Shown here: piece after piece, positions 1-12,489 of the stretch
Position numbering within the stretch: position 1 is the stretch's first letter
Layout of the letters: each line of letters starts with the position of its first letter
Source: Octopus vulgaris
Lineage: Eukaryota
DNA length: 64,000 nt
NCBI GenBank assembly: GCA_951406725.2
Contig: OX597814.1
Span: 89,218,001-89,282,000 of the forward strand
Direction: 5' to 3'
Notes under the pieces: generated by a model
What the model saw: the letters and a program-made list of their open reading frames with translations, nothing else
The model's database searches: none
Told to the model about the DNA's origin: nothing
Position numbers and translations under genes: made by a program

Positions 1-796
1 ATTTAATTTCAATATTTTTTATATTAAGTAGAACAGAATAGAAGTGACTAATCAGTTTGTTGAATGTAAGTTTTTCTCAGACTATATTAATAGGGAACAT
101 TTTCTACGTTGGTTATAATACTCAATAGTAATCTAACAGATAGGAAACTGTTTATAATTATGCATGTTCTCTCATTAGTGTACTAATGAAGTCACAGTTT
201 TTTACATTTAGATGATCTTTTTTTGATAGCTCTAATTTAGCAGAGCACTTGTAGTGTAGATGTTGAAGTGCTTGCCAGTTAATCTGTAGGAAATATAGAT
301 TTCTGCAATACTAATATCATTGATAAATAGTCGGTGTATAATTACCAGTAAACATTAAATAATATTTGATTTGTTACATCCATTTATAAAATTGATTAAG
401 GTGTTTGATACTTGTTCTTTCATGTCATTAAGAGTTTCAAAAGTGGCAAGCTGACAGAATAATTACCAAACCAAGCAAAATACTTATTAAACGGTTTTTT
501 TTCCAGCTTTATGTTCCAAGTTCAAATTCCACCAAGGTTGACTTTACCTTTCATGCATTTGGGGTCAATAATATAAGCACCAATTGAACACCAAGCATTG
601 ATTTAATTGACTGGCCTCTTCCCCTAATATTTCGGGTTTTGTGCCTACAAAAAAAATTATTAAGGGTTTCAGCCTACTATTATCTACTGAAGAGCTTCTG
701 GGTTTATAGTTTCAAAAGCTTTTGTGAAATTCATAATGAAGTGGTACAAAACTATGCTTTGTTATCCATACTTTTCTTATAATTGACAGATATTAA

Positions 797-1016
797 CCCT
801 TTTGTTACCATATTCCTGCTGAGGTGCTCTGTGTTTCTTTCAATTACTTAAAATATAACAAAGAATTTAGTAAAATAATTTAGTTATCATTCAGCTAGTA
901 TTAGGAACATAATTTGTGGCTAAGGTTTGGTGGAAGATTTTAATTCAAAACTTACGAAAACAAGACATTTATACTCAGAGCCAGAGCCGGTTTCAGCCAG
1001 GTTGGTATCAAAAGGG
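797..1016. mobile_element. Non-autonomous piggyBac MITE
   Basis: TTAA|CCCTTTTGTTACCA ... TGGTATCAAAAGGG|TTAA; termini resemble those of the element at 7879-8946. Confidence 0.85.
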
Positions 1017-1609
1017 TTAAAGCTTGTCATTGAAACACCAGGCACTACAGGAGCAGTTAAAGGTGGTTTAAGAACTCTGTGAATACAGTTTTCAACAGTA
1101 ACATATCAACTTCAGACAATATTGTAACATCATATAGCTCAAACAGTTGTAAGAAACCTCCAAATAGCACTAACTTTCTTTTAGCTTTAATGGACAAATT
1201 CACACCCACAAAAGTTCCTGACAAAGATTTTATTACAACCGTTTCACCTAACGCTGACAGAGATGCTATTACTTTGATAAATTTTCAATATTTTGCAAAT
1301 TTCAGTACCTCAAATAGATGCCATAACTCTATTGAGATTTGTTATCTCGTTAAATGTACTTCAACCAGAAACCTATCTCTATTCATGATGCTTTTTTCCG
1401 TTCAGTCTATTAAAATGATATCCCCCAGAAACAGATTTATTTATCTGAAATGCAGACACTAGCAGAGCTGTTGATTCCACAGTCATAATTGTTTAACTTC
1501 TATACAGAGGACTCTGACTTCATTTCACCCAACTCTTCAACAAGGGAATACATGGATGTACAACAAACTCTAACTAGACCTTTTATTGACAAGATATAAA
1601 AACACTTAT

Positions 1610-1880
1610 CACATGATCATGTGTCCAACTAGGCTATCAAATGTTGTTACACATCACTGATCACAATGCATTTTGAAGTGTTTTAGCTGTCAAATAATGC
1701 CCCCCTGCTGGCTAGGCAAGTAGGCCAACATTCACCCCCCCCCCGATCAAAAGGGGGACTGGAGCCATGTGAAATTAAGTATTTTGTTGAAGAACATCAC
1801 GTGCCATCCAATCAAGGAACTGAACCCACAATCTAGCGATTGTGAGTGCAACAGCTTAACCACTAGGCTATGCACCTTCA
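1610..1880 (-). mobile_element. tRNA-derived SINE (distinct family)
   Basis: Minus-strand head gaaggtgcatagcctagtggttaag...gggttcagttcc with A- and B-box-like motifs; similar head fragment at about 16489-16545. Confidence 0.6.
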
Positions 1881-3479
1881 CTTATAAAAACACTTATATG
1901 TGACTATAATGGTGACACAGATTATTCACTAACATCAAACACTGGTCAAAACAAATTCTCTAAACCATTGTCTCCTCATGCGAGAACAACTCATTTTATC
2001 TTCTTGCTTTGCTTTTCAGATTATACCATTAAAATAATCTACACACAAATCTTTGATACACTACTCAAAAGGATAGAGTTGGCAGGAAACAAAGATGGGT
2101 ATCAGGTACAACATATTCAGTAATTAATGTTGAATAATGACTGGACAAATTAATACCTTTTTAGCAAAGTACTCAAAATATGAAATAAAATATTTTCAAT
2201 TCTAGATAATTTCAAGAAATTAGATTTAAACATTGAATTTGTAGATGATAATGTAAGCTCAGATGACTTGAAAAGAGCAGTGAAGAGTTGCCATTCTCTG
2301 TGTGAGAAAGAGCTTACTTACTATTTTGTTGATCACTGATGCTTTTGCCAATGCAGACAACTATTAGAGCATAATTGGAGTAAACACTGTACAATTATCT
2401 GTACCATGATGTGTTGTCATCTTTAAAGATGCGGTTTATTTTGCACATAGCTACATTCTGAGTTCAGATTTCGCTGTTGTCAACTTTGCCTTTCATCCTT
2501 TCAGGGTCGATAAATTAAGTGCCAGTTGCGTAGTGGAGTCGATCTAATTGATTGCCTCCCTCTCCCCAAGTTTCAGGCCTTATGCCTATAATAGGAAGAA
2601 TTTTGAAGATATGGTTTATAATTTTCAACATTTTATACTGAAATATAATCAATATTAAGTGTAGTTGAATATTTTATAAAAATAATGCTACTTACAATGA
2701 CAGTATATCACAGATAAAGAGAGTTTGTTAAATGGAAAGTAAAAAGGAGATAACCAGTACACTTTGACTGTAAATTAGTATAGAGAAAGTCCAAGTAACT
2801 CATCTTTGATTAGCTACCTACAACTATTTACTAACTTCACTTTTTATGGTTATAATATAGCTACCACTTTTTAGTTGCCACATTCACCTTGCTACTATAA
2901 TAGAAAGCCACTTTTAGTTGCAGTTATTAGCATTATGTTTTTAATACATCTAAAATTTTACTAGCCTTAAGATGAAATATATTGCAAATAGATTATTTAG
3001 AATAAATAAGTATTTAAATAAATTTGTTTAAATAGTTATTTCATGACTTGTAGGTTAATGGCATGAATTTAGTATGGGAGCACTTTAATGTGAATTGTGT
3101 TCTATTTTTATGGAGTTGGGTTTACAAACTCAAAGATCAACCCCTGGTGGAAGAAACCCTAGTTATGTCTCTGCTCCAGACCAACCCAATAAAAATGAAA
3201 CAAGTTCAATATATACTGGAGAAGACACTTTGAAAATATAAGTTGCATGATAGTTTTCATATAAAAGAAAATAACAAACAGCATACAATAACAGGAGGTG
3301 ACTATGCTTAGTATGCAAGGTGTAGGTAGAAACTCTGTATTGTGTAGCAAATGTAAACTATAGATCCACAAGAGATGTGGAAAGATCACAGTCATGTTGA
3401 TGAAACATAAAAACTTTCAAAATAGCAAAAGACAGGAGTTGTTAAAACACCCATAAAATAAATTCTTTCAAAGACTTTT

Positions 3480-3960
3480 CCCAATTATGGACTCCTATAC
3501 CTAAGAATCATCTACATGAAACCTAAGCATCTCATGCCAATTCTGTTCTGAAGAAAAACTCAAGGTATTAGCGGTTATTGTTAAATGCTGTTCCCATCAG
3601 TTTGAGATATTGCGAGTAGGCTAATATGATGATTGGCAAGGTTAGAAGGATTTCCCTTCTTGAAGACAGAACACACTGAATGGGTATGTTCCAAAAGATT
3701 GAGCCATATCCCTCAAGAGAAAGAGATTGAATAGTTTGATGAAGTTAGCAGCTTGATCTGGTGCACACTAGTTATGGGTAATGGAAGAAACATTGTCAGG
3801 TTCAGTGGCCTTATTGGCTTGAAGTTATGAGAGAGAGTATAAAAGGGATAAGTTATCCTCGCAGATACCATATCATCTCACAAATTGGTATAGACGTCTG
3901 CTATCCACAATGGTCCATTAAATAGTACTCAAGATTAAAAGAGATACTGGTAAGCTTCAT
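3480..3960 (-). pseudogene. Degenerate LINE reverse transcriptase fragment
   Basis: Broken frames read KLFNLFL...KGNPSNLANHHISLL, resembling the KG...NYRPISLL motif of LINE RTs. Confidence 0.45.
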
Positions 3961-4071
3961 TTGTTGAGTAGTCCATGCTCCTATTCAGAACTACAAATAT
4001 TCCATAGAGTAAATATTTGATAATGAAGAGGAAAGTAGAGATTTAATCACATCCAAAACAGTTTTATTAAA

Positions 4072-4384
4072 GTTTTCTACAGCATATATAACTCTGACCT
4101 ACAAATGTTTTGACTGCACATTACTCTGTATGTAATTATGCATTCTTGTTACCGCAATTTCATCAAGGGTCCATCACTCACAATGTTTTCAAAGTGAACT
4201 GCTTCAAACAAGCGCCCTGCGCTGGTATTCAGGATGCTTGTTTGAATCAGTTCACTTTGAAAACATTGTGAGTGATGGACCCTTGATGAAATTGCAGTGA
4301 CTAGAATGCATAATTACATACAAAGCAATGTGCAGTTGCTGCAGTCAAAACATGTAGGTCAGAGTTATATATGTCGTAGAAAAC
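4072..4384. repeat. Long palindrome (arms about 150 bp) with a decayed hammerhead-like motif in each arm
   Basis: 4072-4219 is the reverse complement of about 4229-4384; short spacer gcgctggtatt. Confidence 0.9.
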
Positions 4385-4618
4385 ATTTAGAAAATACCAC
4401 GTAGTGGACAGGAAATCAGTCATGCGGTTGAAGGGGTGGTATGTGCAAGTATATACTTGTATATGTGAATGTACTCATGGTTTTGCATGCATATCTATCT
4501 ATGGGAGTGCATGCACGCAGACATGAACAAATATGTGCATGCACACACCCATATATGTATGCATAAATATGCACACAAGTATTCATTCATATATACAAAT
4601 ATATATATATATATACAT

Positions 4619-4981
4619 AGGTGCAGGAGTGGCGTTGTGGTAAGTGGTTTGCTTACCAACCACATGGTTCCAGGTTCATTCCCACTGCGTGGCACCTTGG
4701 GCAAGTGTCTTCTACTATAGCCTCGGGCTGACCAAAGCCTTGTGAGTGGATTTGTTATATGGAAACTGAAAGAAGCCCGTCATATATATGTATATATATA
4801 TATATGTGTGTGTGTTTGTCCCCTCAACATTGCTTGACAATCGATGGTGGTGTGTTTACATCCCTGTAACTTAGTGGTTTGGCAAAAAGTGACCAATAGA
4901 ATAAGTCCTGGGGTCAATTTGCTCGACTAAAGGCGGTGCATGGCCATAGTCAAATGACTGAAACAAGTAAGAGTAAAGAGA

Positions 4982-4982
<1 letters not shown>
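4619..4982 (+). mobile_element. tRNA-derived SINE, major family (representative copy)
   Basis: Head ggtgcaggagtggc...ggttcattcccactgcgtggcaccttgggcaagtg, internal (TA)n/(TG)n, tail gactgaaacaagtaa. Other copies at about 15890-16300(-), 18645-18850(-), 18871-19257(+), 19300-19462(-), 20828-20980(-), 21200-21345(+), 31440-31566(-), 37330-37608(-), 39925-40285(-), 61355-61730(-). Confidence 0.9.
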
Positions 4983-5014
<32 letters not shown>

Positions 5015-5488
5015 TACATACATTGTAGTATGCTCGAAGCATTGTGATACAGAAGTAAAACAACAAACAATGAAGATGAACAACTTCTAATAGTGTGCAA
5101 AGGGAAAGTTAAGAAACCTTTACATATTTCAGACACAAACACTCATCACTGGAAGTAAATGGCTTAGAAACTTCAGTTTATGCAGGTCCTTACAGATGAT
5201 AGCCCATTTGGCAATCATCAAGGTAAGATGCCTGAAATACATAAAGGTATTTTAATTTTCCCTTTTCTTCTTATTAGAAGCTTTCTGTTTTCATTATAAG
5301 TTATTTCACTTACATATATATGTAATCTTTATCATCATTTCATGTCTGCTTTCCATACTGGGTTTGATGTGTTGTTATGATATACATCAATTCTTATTTA
5401 CAGCTGTTGCCCTCCTAGACAGGTCAGAGGATCATGTTTCACTTCTGGCTTTTTTTAGTACATGTATCTACAAACATATATTTATATA

Positions 5489-5724
5489 CAGGATGGCCCA
5501 AAAGTAGATTTACAGTTATCACATAGGCACTTTAAATTCCTTTTAAAACATTTTATTACATTTAAATTTCTATCTTACAAACTGAAATGGGAGCACGAGA
5601 AAATTAACTACATTAACACAGAATAATGGTTTCATATTTTTTTTATAATTAAGATCTAAACTGTAAATGTATGAATGTGAAAGAGATAGTTGAATAACTG
5701 TAAGCCTACTTTTGGGCCACCCTG
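5489..5724. mobile_element. Tc1/mariner-type MITE
   Basis: TA|CAGGATGGCCCAAAAGTAG ... CTACTTTTGGGCCACCCTG|TA; TIRs of about 30 bp. Confidence 0.88.
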
Positions 5725-6249
5725 TATATAAGTTATAATTAGAGTTTAGATTTAAATTAAAATTGTGTTTTGGGTATGTCCCTAGTGGTATACCGGCAAA
5801 GCATGTTCGCTGCTTATGGCTACCTGGCATCATCCATAGTAATTACGTATTTATATTGAAGGTGGTCCCCCGGCATGGCCACAGTCTAATGGTGGTAAAA
5901 TGTATATAAATATATGTAGAGAGAGGCTAAAAAGACAGAGAAAAAGAGACTGAGAGAGAACCTTTCGCATTTATTTCAAAGCATACAAATCAACAGCCAT
6001 CAAATTGCACAGGATAATTTGTCTGTATGTTTGCATGTATATATTATATATGCATATATATATATTGATAAAAATGGTAAGACAACAAGAGAATGAAAGA
6101 GACCTCGATATTATGTAAATAGAGGAATTTATCTGTAAATATACATGACAATTATTCGGTAGCCATGATAAAACTCCGAGTATATATATCATACATACAT
6201 ATGTATGCTATCATACATACATCTATATATGTATAATATACACATATAA

Positions 6250-6280
<31 letters not shown>

Positions 6281-6503
6281 GAATATCAAATTCGTTTAGC
6301 CATTTATGAACATGAACTGTCTCCAAGCAACTGGACAGGCAAGTCTCTTGTAAACTTATTCCTGAAGAAAGATAGATTGTTGATCTAAGAGAAGGCTAGA
6401 AGCAAATAAATAGTAAGGAATCTCATGTAATCAAAATTTACAATGAATGACATCAAAGTGAACTGCCTGGAAACATAATTTACTTATATATGAATGATTT
6501 AAA

Positions 6504-6757
6504 TTACTTATGTAGCATATCTCTCTTTAATTGTAACCAATCAAGTCCTTTTTGGTAGAGATGTCTTTGTTCTAGTAATTTTTCTGCACATCGGTGCACT
6601 TTATATTCATTTTTGCGTAGGTACATTCGAGTATCATGCTGCATTTGCTCGAGTTTTTGCATTCTGATTTCATCTAATGTACAGGGTTCAGAAAGATATG
6701 GATTGAATCGGAAGTAGCTGCTTGGGTGTAGTAAATCCGTCAAAGTTGTATTAACAG
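6504..6757 (-). CDS. PNPLA8: PNPLA8 last coding exon
   Basis: ctttttag|(A)VNTTLTDLLHPSSYFRFNPYLSEPCTLDEIR...DWLQLKRDMLHK then TAA at 6506-6504. Joined CDS is 1887 nt (628 aa). Confidence 0.96.
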
Positions 6758-7878
6758 CTAAAAGAAGAAAATAAATAATATGTCTTAAATGATGAATAAG
6801 ATGAAATATGAATGTTATAGGCTCATGATTAATTTATATAGAAGGGAAAATAGCAGAGTGACTCTAGCACATTGCAGTATCAAGCACCAGAAAGAGGAGT
6901 TTGATTCAAAAACTAAATACTCTCAGCTATTTACAGCCCTTACTTGTGACCCTATGAATTTTAACTGTTATGGTACAGATACAACACAGATATTTCACAC
7001 ACTAATGATCCAGAACCTCTTACAATCCATACAGCAACTTCAAATACCTGTAGCCACCAGACTAGTTTACTGGTACTTTGCACAGACTAGTATCATGCAC
7101 GGTACAGTATTAATAAACTTGTGTCATTTATAATCATGCAGGAGTACCTTGTATTTCATTTAATTATCTAAGTAAATTTAATATTTGTTCACAGGAATCA
7201 AGAGAGGTTTGGGAACCAATGATTCTGGAAAATCAATGTTGTGCCTGTCATAAATTTTAATTTACAACCTTTTCAAACACTATGATATTATTTCGACTCC
7301 AGGTTTTAACAAGTTACCAGCTACTAAATCCTGCTACTAAAATACAAACAAGTTTATATAAAATATAAATCCGTCTAAAATAAATAAAAGAAATGAAAAA
7401 TGAAAACTATAAAGAGTTGTTTATATCCAGTAAAAATCTGTATGCAGATGTCTCCAAATACAAATTTAAAATGAGAACAAATTGTGATTGATATATGAAA
7501 AAAAACATTATTTTAGTCATGCCTCCACGTAAGACATATTAGTCAGCTTTCCTGAAAAATATCAGCTACCCCTACTTCCTAGCTGAGTGATTAGAAATTC
7601 AATTTTGTTATCAGCTATTTGAAATCAGTTATTTTCAAAAGCAACTGCACCCACACCCAGATGTAAAATATAATAAAAAGATACTCCCATTTCATAATTG
7701 CTTGTTTATTCATTGCAGGTGAACACTGATAAATTTCAATTTCAGACACTATATTGTTATTTAGACAAAGTACATTCCAGTTAAGTTATTTTTCTAATAA
7801 TATGTACAAACTATTGTTTTTTTTTGGTTTTTTTTTGAATAAGCAAATTCAACCATAAAACAATTGTTGCCTCATTAA

Positions 7879-8946
7879 CCCTTTCGTTACCAAACCGCCC
7901 AAAGCCGCCCGAAAAAAATTTTGGTTTATGAGACCAAAGCCGCCCGAATTTACCTATTCATATTTAAATGAGAATATCAGAGCAAATCTCTTCAGTACAT
8001 TCGTGAAAACACGTATTATACTTCGTAAATAGTTCAACTACAGTTTTGTACAATAATCGAAGTGTAATTTTAATTCCGTGAATTTTGAGAGATTTTTTTC
8101 CGAAATTTGTTCCTATTGTGTTTTCAAAATTTGTAATTCTGACAAAAAATGGATACGAATTTCATTATATATCAAGCAGCGAGTCAGAATTCGAAGGATT
8201 TTCTACTGAAGACCTTCATAAATCTAACTCTATGACTGAAAAAAAAAAGCATGTGGTATTTGATAATGAATCTGATGTTTCATTTTCCGAAAGTGAAAAC
8301 AGTGAATCTGAGATCTCCGATAGCGATAAAGAAAACGAATTGGCACCTGAATGGAGTGAAAATTTAAAAACTGTTTCTTTCGGTGATTTTTCTGAAGAAA
8401 CTGGACCAAGCCACAGACTTTCCCAGAAGAGTAAAGCCTTAGACTATTTCTTTTTACTTTTTCGAATGAGCTATTTGAAATCATTACAGCAGAAACGAAC
8501 CGTTACGCTAAATGTAAACAAAACAAAAGAAAGTGGTTTCCCATAACCTTAAATGAAATTAAGACTATTTTGCCATAAATATTATTATGGGTATCAGAAA
8601 GTTACCCAGAATAACAAATTCTGTCGTAAAATTTTGTTGTATACCCAATTGAATATTAGCTAATAACCCATTTTCTATAGCGATGTTTGAACAAAATTTT
8701 AATAATTTTATATTTTGTGGAATTTACCTGTATCTACCTGCAATTAAGTCACTTTGTGACAAAAATTATAGTATAGAATTGGTTGAGAATATTTCATTAA
8801 ATTATCTTCCAAAAATCAGATTAATATATCGATAAATAAAAAAGTTATAGTTGTTTAATGAAACCAGACTAAATTTATGATTACGTTAGAAATTAATTGA
8901 AACACATAAGGGGTGTAATTTGGTCAGAAATATAGTAACGAAAGGG
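7879..8946 (+). mobile_element. Internally deleted piggyBac element with transposase 5' remnant
   Basis: TTAA|CCCTTTCGTTAC ... GTAACGAAAGGG|TTAA. Acidic N-terminus, then GPSHRL...ALDYFFLLF and, across frameshifts, ELFEIITAETNRYA...WFPITLNEIK / FAINIIMGIRKLP (PGBD-type); no catalytic DDD region. Confidence 0.93.
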
Positions 8947-9192
8947 TTAAGAATTGAAAATATCATGTATTTGTATCATGTTATTAGTATACTACTGAAG
9001 ATTTCATCATAAAATATTTCAAGGGTAAATCAATTTAATAGAGCCCAAACATCTTCAAGTTATTGTCTATATCCAAATTCATAAACCTGGCTCAACAGAA
9101 GCCAACCACCACTCTATGACCAATATATAATCAAAACATACAGGTGTTGGAATTTGAACAACCATCTAAACTTGAAAAACCACTATAGAATT

Positions 9193-9443
9193 TATTTACA
9201 TTATTTACATTTGACGGATATTTGTCTTCATTTTGTTTGTTGTTAACATGTTTCAGCTGATATACCCTCCAGCCTTCATCAGGTGTCTTCAGGAAATTTC
9301 GAACCTTGGTTCTCATTCCTAAGGTATTTTGCGGTATTGTTGTTGTTGTTATTATTATTATTCAGGTCACTGCCTGGAATCGAACTCAGAATCTTGAGGT
9401 TAGTAGCCTGCGCTCTTAACCACTACGCCATATGCCCGTGGGC
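9193..9443 (-). mobile_element. tRNA-headed SINE with hammerhead-like motif, copy A
   Basis: Minus strand: TGGCGTAGTGG (A box)...GAGTTCGATTCC (B box), (AAT/AAC)n, then GACAC CTGATGA AGGCTG...CAGCT GAAAC. Confidence 0.85.
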
Positions 9444-9608
9444 TTTTTTTTTTTTATTATTATTATATTCAAGCCAGGTGGTATTAGCTTTGAGCCTCTA
9501 CATCTACACAGTAAAGTTAGATGGTTTGAAAGACAAGCTAATTTTTGAAGGAAGTTTCTCTATATGTCTCCATTGGAATCTAGTGTCGGCTCTGTACCAA
9601 TTAGATAA

Positions 9609-9919
9609 TACAGTTCTAAATTTAAGAGAGGAGACATTATTTACAATTGACAGATATGGCGTAGTGGTTAAGAGCACAGGCTACTAACCCCAAGATTTCG
9701 AGTTCGATTCCAGGCAGTGACCTAAACAACAACAACAGCAACAACAATATCACAAAATACCTTAGGAATGAGAACCCAAGTTCGAAATTTTCCCAAGACA
9801 CTTGATGAAGGCTGGAGGGTATATCAGCAGAAACGCTGTGTTAACAACAAACAAGATGACAAATATCCATCAAATGTAAATAATCTACATAATTCCTCAT
9901 CTCTTAAATATAGAACTGT
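9609..9919 (+). mobile_element. tRNA-headed SINE with hammerhead-like motif, copy B, preceded by an inverted piece of its own tail
   Basis: Same head and body as copy A in the opposite orientation; 9609-9656 approximates the reverse complement of the tail at 9863-9919. Confidence 0.85.
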
Positions 9920-10018
9920 ACTATAGAATTATTAAAAAAAAGCAACTATAAAAAAACATTGATATCAATGAATCATGATAAAAGAGAAATATTAATATAA
10001 TGATGAGACATTAATTAC

Positions 10019-10214
10019 CTTCTGTATCAGTTGCACTGTCTAATATTTTAACAACTTTCTCTTTGAGGCTACTTTTATTTGTGTTCATTTCTAAATTTGG
10101 TTCATATCTTCCATTGCCAACAGAGACTACACATTGAAGGGGAGTATCTGGCCACAATAATCGACATTCATGAATAGCTAAAGCAGTTGGGTTATTGGTC
10201 AATAAGCCTCCATC
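10019..10214 (-). CDS. PNPLA8: PNPLA8 coding exon 6 (catalytic Asp)
   Basis: taatag|[22 protein letters not shown]...VVSVGNG...SATDTE|gtaatt; DGG motif; 196 nt. Confidence 0.97.
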
Positions 10215-10984
10215 CTATTAAAAATAGCATTAAAAACAAAGTGAAAATAGGATTACATCTCATTGAATCATGAGCAATATTCATATTTAAGAAATTTAGA
10301 GCAAGTACAAATTAATTTTATCAAATGATTTTTTATAAGTAAAATATTTAATGTCATCTGGAAGGTTGTGATGAAACTTAAAATATAGGAATATATCTGC
10401 TGTGGTTGTTAAGTAAATCTCAGTTAACTCTTCTGAATGTGTCACATTTCAGTCAGGTTTGGAACCAAATTCCACCTTCCACTATGCAGTAGTTGATTAC
10501 TGCCTACTAACTGGCAGTGATCCAAATATTTAGCACATGGTAGGTTTAGCTAACTTTTCATCTGATTTACACACCCAGTCATGCAGAGTTTGCAAATATA
10601 GATAGTAATAGTCTAAACATATTGTGTCTATTTTTCAGTCCAGGCTGTTTTTACATATAAAACCTAATGCATATGAATTCAAGTATCTTTCCCATGAACA
10701 ATGTATAAGTCTTGTAACAGACTACATATTCTAATAATAATTATAATATTTTTTACTATAGACACAAAGCATGAAATTTGTGGTGGTGGGGGTTGCTAGT
10801 CAATTACATTGACACCCCCCACCCCCACCACTCAACTAATATTTATTATATCAATCTTGAAAGGATGGAAAGCAAAGTCAAGCTCTGAGGAATTTGAACT
10901 CAGAATGTAAAGATGAACAAAATGCTTAGCAGCATTTTGTCTAGCATGCTAATAATTCTTACAGCTTGTCACCTTACCAATAAT

Positions 10985-11200
10985 CCTTTCTACAATAAGC
11001 ACAAGGCCTGAAATTTTGTGAGGAGAAGGCTAGTCGATTATATCGACCCCAATGTTTAACTGGTACTTATTTTATTGACCCCGAAAAGATGAGAGGCGAA
11101 GTCAATCTCAGTGGAATTTGAACTCAGAACATAAAGATGGACAAAATACCATTAAGCATTTTGTCCAGCATGCTAATGATTTTGCCATCTCACCACCTTC
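10985..11200 (-). mobile_element. Second abundant SINE family (representative copy)
   Basis: Core ttctgagttcaaattcc...gactttgcctttcatcc...ggggtcgataaa...agtaccagtt. Copies at about 440-660, 2440-2600, 10750-10975, 11235-11380, 11895-12015, 12075-12250, 14938-15120, 15285-15385, 54800-55160, 56900-57060, 63860-64000. Confidence 0.85.
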
Positions 11201-11646
11201 CTAATAATAATCATAATGATAATGATGATGATTTCAAATTTTGCCACAAGGCCGGCAATTTTGGGCAAGAGCTAAGTCAACTACATTGACTCCAGGTAAT
11301 TATTTTATTGACCCCAAAAGGATGAAAGGCAAAGTGAGCCTCAGTAGAATTTGAACTCAGTATGCTACAAACCATTTTGCTTGGTGTGCTAATGATAATA
11401 ATAATAATAATAATAATAAAATAATAATATGGTACAGATAGCATACTATGGAGAGTGCTGTCAATCAACTAACACCTTACCTGCAGCACACTAGGCCTAT
11501 TGTTCGAATGTGGCCTTACAGGATATAAAACAGGAAGTATGAAAGGAACAACAATAACCACAGTAACAATAGCAGTGCTGGTGGTAGCAGCAGCAGTAGT
11601 AATTTCAAGGTTTAAACAGAGAAACTAATTAATAGATATTACTTAC

Positions 11647-11838
11647 TTGATGAATTAGATCATCCAACTGAAATTCTGTGTAGTAACCAGGAGCAGCAGA
11701 TGATGCTCGAATAGCTTCCCATAATTGATATTTACAACTTCCAGGGTACTGAGAGTACACTCCCGATGGCAGGTTATAAGTCCGAAATACATAGTTCTTC
11801 ATTTTTGCCATATTAACAACACATGATAAAGCAGACAT
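11647..11838 (-). CDS. PNPLA8: PNPLA8 coding exon 5
   Basis: ttttag|MSALSCVVN...YVFRTYN...WEAIRASSAAPGYY...IHQ|gtaagt; patatin ASxAAP motif; 192 nt. Confidence 0.97.
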
Positions 11839-12489
11839 CTAAAACAGAAAATATGTCTCAATTATATTTCATTATTAAGGACTCTTAAGGCAGCAAATTG
11901 GCAAAATGTTTGGCAGCATTTCTTCTAGCTCTTTATGTTCAAATTCCACTGTGGTCGACATGTCTTTCATCCTTTTGGAGGTGGTTAAAATAAGTACCTG
12001 TTGAGTACTGGGATCAATATTTTTTTTTTTAGTTTTTTTTCTCTTCAATTTGAAATTCAAAACCAATGTTCGTTTCAAATTTTGGCACAAAGTCAGTAAT
12101 TTCATAGAATGGAATAAGTTGATTACATTGACCCCAGTGCTCAACTGGTACTTATTTTATCAACCCATTAACAGAGTTTGAACTCAGAACATAGAGACAG
12201 ACTAAATACTGCTAAGAATTTTGCCTGGCATGCTAACGGTTCTGCCTCCAAACCTCAAAATTGCTGGCTTTACATCAAAATCAATAATGACTCTTACTCT
12301 GGCACAAGACCATAAATTTATAAGGGTTAAGGATATAACTGATTGAATCAACCTCACTACTATGGTACTATTTTGCTGATCCCAGCAGTATGAAATGCAA
12401 TGCAAACCTAGGTGGTGCTTAAACTCAGAACCTGGAAGAATGAAACTAAATACAATAAAAGGTATTTAATTCTACATTCAAGGTGTAAA

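Noticed and set aside
687-730. CTGAAGA followed by a GCTTCTG/CAAAAGC stem and a nearby GAAA
   Set aside because: GAAA does not directly follow the stem, and no helix I or III can be formed.
1079-1462. 127-aa plus-strand ORF
   Set aside because: No recognisable domain or convincing splice sites; GTG start; possibly decayed TE coding sequence that I cannot assign.
9655-9725. Genuine tRNA-Ser(ACT) gene
   Set aside because: No proper acceptor stem or long variable arm, and it is embedded in a repeated unit; treated as a SINE head.
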